From positions 1,027 to 65,026 of the forward strand of contig CAZJXG010000002.1 of NCBI GenBank assembly GCA_964549965.1: a stretch of DNA of 64,000 nucleotides, read 5' to 3'. A program made the translations under genes and the position numbers. Positions 60,252 through 64,000 of this stretch are shown here, piece after piece. The notes under the pieces were generated by a model. That model saw nothing but the letters and a program-made list of their open reading frames with translations, had not been told where the DNA came from and ran no database searches. This DNA is from an uncultured Sphingomonas sp. (GTDB taxonomy: Bacteria; Pseudomonadota; Alphaproteobacteria; Sphingomonadales; Sphingomonadaceae). The stretch's first letter is position 1; every line of letters begins with the position of its first letter.

Positions 60252-60656
60252 ATGATGGGGAAAGGCCTCTGGCTCGAAACGATGAATAGGCGGCTCGCGC
60301 TGGCGTTCATCGCGATCGCGCTGCTGATGCGCCTGCTGGTCCCCGCCGGCTTCATGCCTGCCACGGGTCAGGGCTTCGCGATAACGCTTTGCACCGGCAT
60401 GGGTGCAATGCCCGCCTGGGTCGACAAGCACGGCCAGATCCACAAGGGCAAGCCGGCCCCGGACAAGCCGGTCGAGCACCCCTGTGGCTTTGGCGCCTTC
60501 GGTGCGGCGCTCGACCTTCCCGGCGGCGCTGCCGGTTTGACACTGCCTTTCGTCGCCGTACGCACGCTCTTGACCGCGCTGGGCGAGGCCGTCTCCATCG
60601 GCCATGGCCTGGCAGCCCCCCCGCCCCCTTCGACCGGACCGCCACTCGTCCCCTGA
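60252..60656 (+). CDS. DUF2946-like small membrane/periplasmic protein with Cys/His/Met motifs
   Basis: An N-terminal hydrophobic helix, then ITLCTGMGAM and VEHPCGFGAF. It sits immediately upstream of a TonB-dependent receptor. The alternative start at 60282 (MNRRLALAF) is plausible. Confidence 0.5.
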   Translation: MMGKGLWLETMNRRLALAFIAIALLMRLLVPAGFMPATGQGFAITLCTGMGAMPAWVDKHGQIHKGKPAPDKPVEHPCGFGAFGAALDLPGGAAGLTLPFVAVRTLLTALGEAVSIGHGLAAPPPPSTGPPLVP

Positions 60657-60746
60657 AGTTCGTCACCGCCGCTCGTCATCGGACGGACGGCTTTACGCTT
60701 CATGGGCGGCCCCGATCGGGGCAGGCCCGATCAAGGTCATATTTTC

Positions 60747-62762
60747 ATGTCTTTCCTATATCGTCTTTCGGCGAGCGCATCGGCGCTCGCCCTCCTGATT
60801 CTGCCTGTCACCGCCCATGCCGAAGAGGATCAGAGCCGCAGCGACATCGTCGTCACCGCCAGCCTTGCTACCGACGAAGCCCGCCGCGAGGTCGAGAAGC
60901 GGCCCGGCGGCGTCGACGTGGTCGATGCGGCAGCCTTCGAGGACAAGGTGGCGGTCAGCCTGCGAGACGCCCTGGCCTTCTCTCCGGGTGTCTATACGCA
61001 GCCCCGCTTCGGTCAGGAGGTCCGCCTGTCGGTACGCGGATCGGGCATCAGCCGGGGTTTCCACATGCGCGGGCTCACCTTGCTGCAGGACGGCATTCCC
61101 ATCAACCTTGCCGACGACAATGGCGACTTCCAGGAGCTCGACCCCCAGGTCTTCCAGAGGATCGAGGTCTATCGCGGCGGCAATGCCCTCCGTTTCGGCG
61201 GCTCGACCCTGGGCGGTGCGATCAATGCGGTGACGCCGACAGGACGCACGGCGCCGAGCGTCGAGCTGCGGGTCGATGGCGGCAGTTTCAGCACCGTCCG
61301 GGCCAAGGCCGCCGCGGCATTCGCCACTGAGCGGGGCGACGCCTATCTGGCGCTCACCACCGATAGTTCGGACGGCGACCGGGCACATGCCAAGCGCGAT
61401 TCCATCCGCTTCAACGGCAATGTCGGTGTGCGGCTGAACGACGTGGTCGAGACGCGCTTCTACGCCATGGTCAGCCACATCAACCAGGACCTTCCCGGTT
61501 CGCTGACGCGGGCGCAGGCGCTCAGCACGCCCAAGCTGTCCCTGCCCGGCAACATTACCGGTGATCAGGAGCGCGACATCGACTCGATCCGTCTCCAGAA
61601 TCGGACGACGGTCGACCTCCAAAGCGGCCAGCTCGCATTCGGCGCCTTTTTCAACGCCAAGAAGCTTTTCCACCCCATCTTCCAGGTGATCGACCAGAAC
61701 AGCGATGACTATGGGGTGTTCGCCAACGTCGACCTGGCCGGTGGCGCCAGCAGGCTGCCATGGGAACTCACCCTGGGAACCCAGGCCCGGTTCGGGAAGA
61801 TCAACGCCAAGCAGTTCGTGAACGTCCGGGGAGATCGGGGCGCGCCGACCGCGCGAACCGAGAATCGCGCGCGGACGATCAACAGCTATGGGGAACTGCG
61901 CCTGATCCCAATCACCAGTCTCACGCTGGTCGCGGGCGGCATCTACACGAGCGGCTCGCGGGAAATCGACAACCGTCTCGTGCCGGCCCGCAGCGGAAAG
62001 GCTGATTTCGACCTATTCGCGCCGAAAGTCGGCCTGCTCTACGAGCCGGTCCGGGGCGTCCAGCTCTACGCCAACTATAATCGGTCGGTGGAGCTGCCCG
62101 GCTATAGCGAGCTGAGCCAGACGCCGGCGAACGGCCTGCCCGGCTTCACCGCGGTCGGGCCGCAAAAAGCCTGGACCTTCGAGATCGGCACGCGCGGCCA
62201 GCTTGGCATCGCATCCTGGGACCTGACCTTCTACCGGGCGGACCTGAAGGGCGAGATGCTGCAATATGCGGTAGCCCCCGACTTTCCCGCCTCGACGTTC
62301 AACGCGGGCCGTACCCGCCATCAGGGGATCGAGGCGGGCCTCGACCTTGCCCTGGCACCATGGGCACGGCTCCGGCAGGTCTACCAGCTGAATGACTTCC
62401 GGTTCCGCGGCGACGTCCAATATGGCGACAATCGCCTGCCGGTGGTTCCGCCACATCAGTATCGGGCGGAAATCCGGCTCGGCACCGATGCCATCAATGT
62501 CACGCCCAACCTCGAATGGCTGCCGAAGGGGGCCTGGGCAGACTATCGCAACACCGTGCGCGCACCTGGATATACCCTGTTCGGCATCGGGGCCGAAGCG
62601 CGCGTCAGGAATGGCATCACGCTGTTCATCGATGCCCGCAACGTCACCGGCAAGAAGGCGATCGGCGACATTTCCGCCGTGCTGCTCGCGACGCCCGCGA
62701 CGGTGGCCTTCTACCCGGTCGAACGCCGCGCCTTCTATGGCGGACTGCGGGCAAGCTTCTGA
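60747..62762 (+). CDS. TonB-dependent outer-membrane receptor
   Basis: Signal peptide ...VTAHA, plug domain (IVVTAS, IEVYRGGNALRFGGSTLGGAIN), a 22-strand-type barrel, and C-terminal ...YGGLRASF. Confidence 0.9.
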   Translation: MSFLYRLSASASALALLILPVTAHAEEDQSRSDIVVTASLATDEARREVEKRPGGVDVVDAAAFEDKVAVSLRDALAFSPGVYTQPRFGQEVRLSVRGSGISRGFHMRGLTLLQDGIPINLADDNGDFQELDPQVFQRIEVYRGGNALRFGGSTLGGAINAVTPTGRTAPSVELRVDGGSFSTVRAKAAAAFATERGDAYLALTTDSSDGDRAHAKRDSIRFNGNVGVRLNDVVETRFYAMVSHINQDLPGSLTRAQALSTPKLSLPGNITGDQERDIDSIRLQNRTTVDLQSGQLAFGAFFNAKKLFHPIFQVIDQNSDDYGVFANVDLAGGASRLPWELTLGTQARFGKINAKQFVNVRGDRGAPTARTENRARTINSYGELRLIPITSLTLVAGGIYTSGSREIDNRLVPARSGKADFDLFAPKVGLLYEPVRGVQLYANYNRSVELPGYSELSQTPANGLPGFTAVGPQKAWTFEIGTRGQLGIASWDLTFYRADLKGEMLQYAVAPDFPASTFNAGRTRHQGIEAGLDLALAPWARLRQVYQLNDFRFRGDVQYGDNRLPVVPPHQYRAEIRLGTDAINVTPNLEWLPKGAWADYRNTVRAPGYTLFGIGAEARVRNGITLFIDARNVTGKKAIGDISAVLLATPATVAFYPVERRAFYGGLRASF

Positions 62763-62769
62763 CCCGATC

Positions 62770-62994
62770 CGGGGGGCGGCGTAACTGCTCGATAGTCCGC
62801 TCGCACTGCTCGCGGGTGACGCCATCGCTCTCTAGGTCCACTACGCGGTGGGTACGCTGGCCATCGGCGCTGGTGTTCACCGACCAGCGCACGTCGCCGT
62901 TAGCGATGCACTGCGCCGTAATGCAGTTCTCGGTGTAGGTATCGCCCGGCTTCATCGCCTTGATTTTCTGCCGGGTGGGTCTCGCGACCGGCAT
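62770..62994 (-). pseudogene. tyrosine-integrase N-terminal (arm-binding) fragment
   Basis: MPVARPTRQKIKAMKPGDTY...VRWSVNTSADGQRTHRVV...REQCERTIEQL resembles the P4-type integrase N-terminus. The reading then runs into the receptor gene's 3' end without further similarity. Confidence 0.5.
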
Positions 62995-63471
62995 GCGCCA
63001 TCGCGAGATCGTCCAGCGGCGCTATGACGAAATTGACTGGAACGCGAACCGCTTCGAAATTGCGATGGCGAAGGCCGGCGCGCGGCAGCAGCCTTTCTCC
63101 GAATGGCTCGGCTCGCTGCTGGAAGCCCAGAGAGAAATGGAGGAAGATCCCGATGGGTGATTTTTTCTGCCAAACGGTCGCAGGCGAAAACGCCGTACAC
63201 TCCGTCCATGGACGATCCTTTTCGCCGAGCGGTTATGAAGGCCGGCCTTGATCCGAAGCGTGTGACCCCTCGCCTGATGCGGAATACGATCGTGACGCGC
63301 CTGTCAAAAATCTTCGACGTCAGGACCATTCAGGGAATTTCCGGCCACAAGAGCATCTCGATGGTCATGCACTACGTTCACGCCAACGACGAGAATATTG
63401 AACTCGCCTCCAATGCGCTTCCGGCACCATTCGCATTTGGCGATAAGCCCGAAGTGGAAACGTCGGCATAG
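62939..63471 (+). pseudogene. tyrosine recombinase catalytic-domain remnant, frameshifted
   Basis: Frame a has GLATGMRHREI...W (Arg box) and stops at 63158. It continues in another frame after the T6 run (63161-63166) with TPRLMRNTIVT...GHKSISMVMHYVH (catalytic Tyr region). The N-terminal half is missing. Confidence 0.65.
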
Positions 63472-63486
63472 CATCGTAGCAGCGCA

Positions 63487-63972
63487 TCACTCGGCGCTGG
63501 CCGCTCGATTCCCCCCGCGTCGCCGTTTACGGGGCCTTTTTGGTTCGTGAGGCTTGATCGAGGGTTCGGCTACGCCCGGTAAATCCAGCCACCGGATTCG
63601 GTAAGCTTCGACATTTTTTAGTTCGACGTTCCTTTGAAAGATCGCTGCCAAGCTACCTGACCATGGGTTTTCAGTATCGGGTTCAAAGCGCATGGAAACT
63701 GGGCCACCACCGCCAAAATCGTGATAGCGCAATCGGCTGAACAGTTGCGCCGGAACGAGATAAGCGACGCCGTAGGTGACTTCGGCCTCATAAACGGGCG
63801 TGCCGTTCATCGTGAACTGGTAAGCATCCACCTGCACGTCGTCGTGGGTGACGACCAAATCCACAGGCTTGGCGGTTCCGCCCTCACGGCGCGACCAGCG
63901 CCAATCAGCTAGCCATTCGGGGTCCGAAGTATTTGCTACCACCAGAATTGGGTCGAGACCGGCGTTGCGCAT
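63487..63972 (-). CDS. hypothetical protein with basic C-terminal tail (possibly 5'-partial)
   Basis: 161 aa from the first Met, with the frame open to the window edge. GC content is lower than the rest of the window. The tail is KRPRKRRRGGNR. Confidence 0.4.
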   Translation of the reverse strand: MRNAGLDPILVVANTSDPEWLADWRWSRREGGTAKPVDLVVTHDDVQVDAYQFTMNGTPVYEAEVTYGVAYLVPAQLFSRLRYHDFGGGGPVSMRFEPDTENPWSGSLAAIFQRNVELKNVEAYRIRWLDLPGVAEPSIKPHEPKRPRKRRRGGNRAASAE

Positions 63973-64000
63973 CCGGGCACTTCCGTCGCGGATCGCACTC

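Noticed and set aside
62760-62800. Possible att repeat matching the tRNA-Leu 3' end next to the integrase remnant
   Set aside because: Only a trivial G-run (CGGGGGG) is shared, the tRNA lies 4.4 kb away, and there is no extended identity.

Overview
High-GC (~65%) alphaproteobacterial chromosome segment. Gene order, a PEPxxW-type sorting signal and the hairpin repeats suggest Sphingomonadales, but that is inference only. About 65 genes are called. Most are housekeeping: trpE, hflKC-degP, pmbA, ubiA, rsmE, gshA, tsaB-rimI, fur-plsC-miaB-phoH-ybeY-corC, bpt, ilvA-like, ihfB. Accessory content: (1) an exosortase/PEP-CTERM exopolysaccharide locus at 15.7-27.7 kb; (2) its export and chain-length half about 25 kb away at 52.9-57.7 kb; (3) a sahR-like/metF/split-metH operon with ~90-bp composite hairpin repeats on both sides of the metH core gene; (4) a DUF2946-like gene plus a TonB-dependent receptor; (5) a wrecked tyrosine integrase and lower-GC DNA at the right edge. 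The strongest finding is a tRNA-Leu(UAA) gene (58014-58346, minus strand) interrupted after U34 by a 244-nt ORF-less group I intron. Its core closely resembles the cyanobacterial/plastid tRNA-Leu intron. A ~490-nt structured non-coding spacer after gshA carries cobalamin-riboswitch-like motifs but is unresolved. No CRISPR array, rRNA or intact mobile element was seen. Many long antisense ORFs in the six-frame track are GC artefacts and were rejected.
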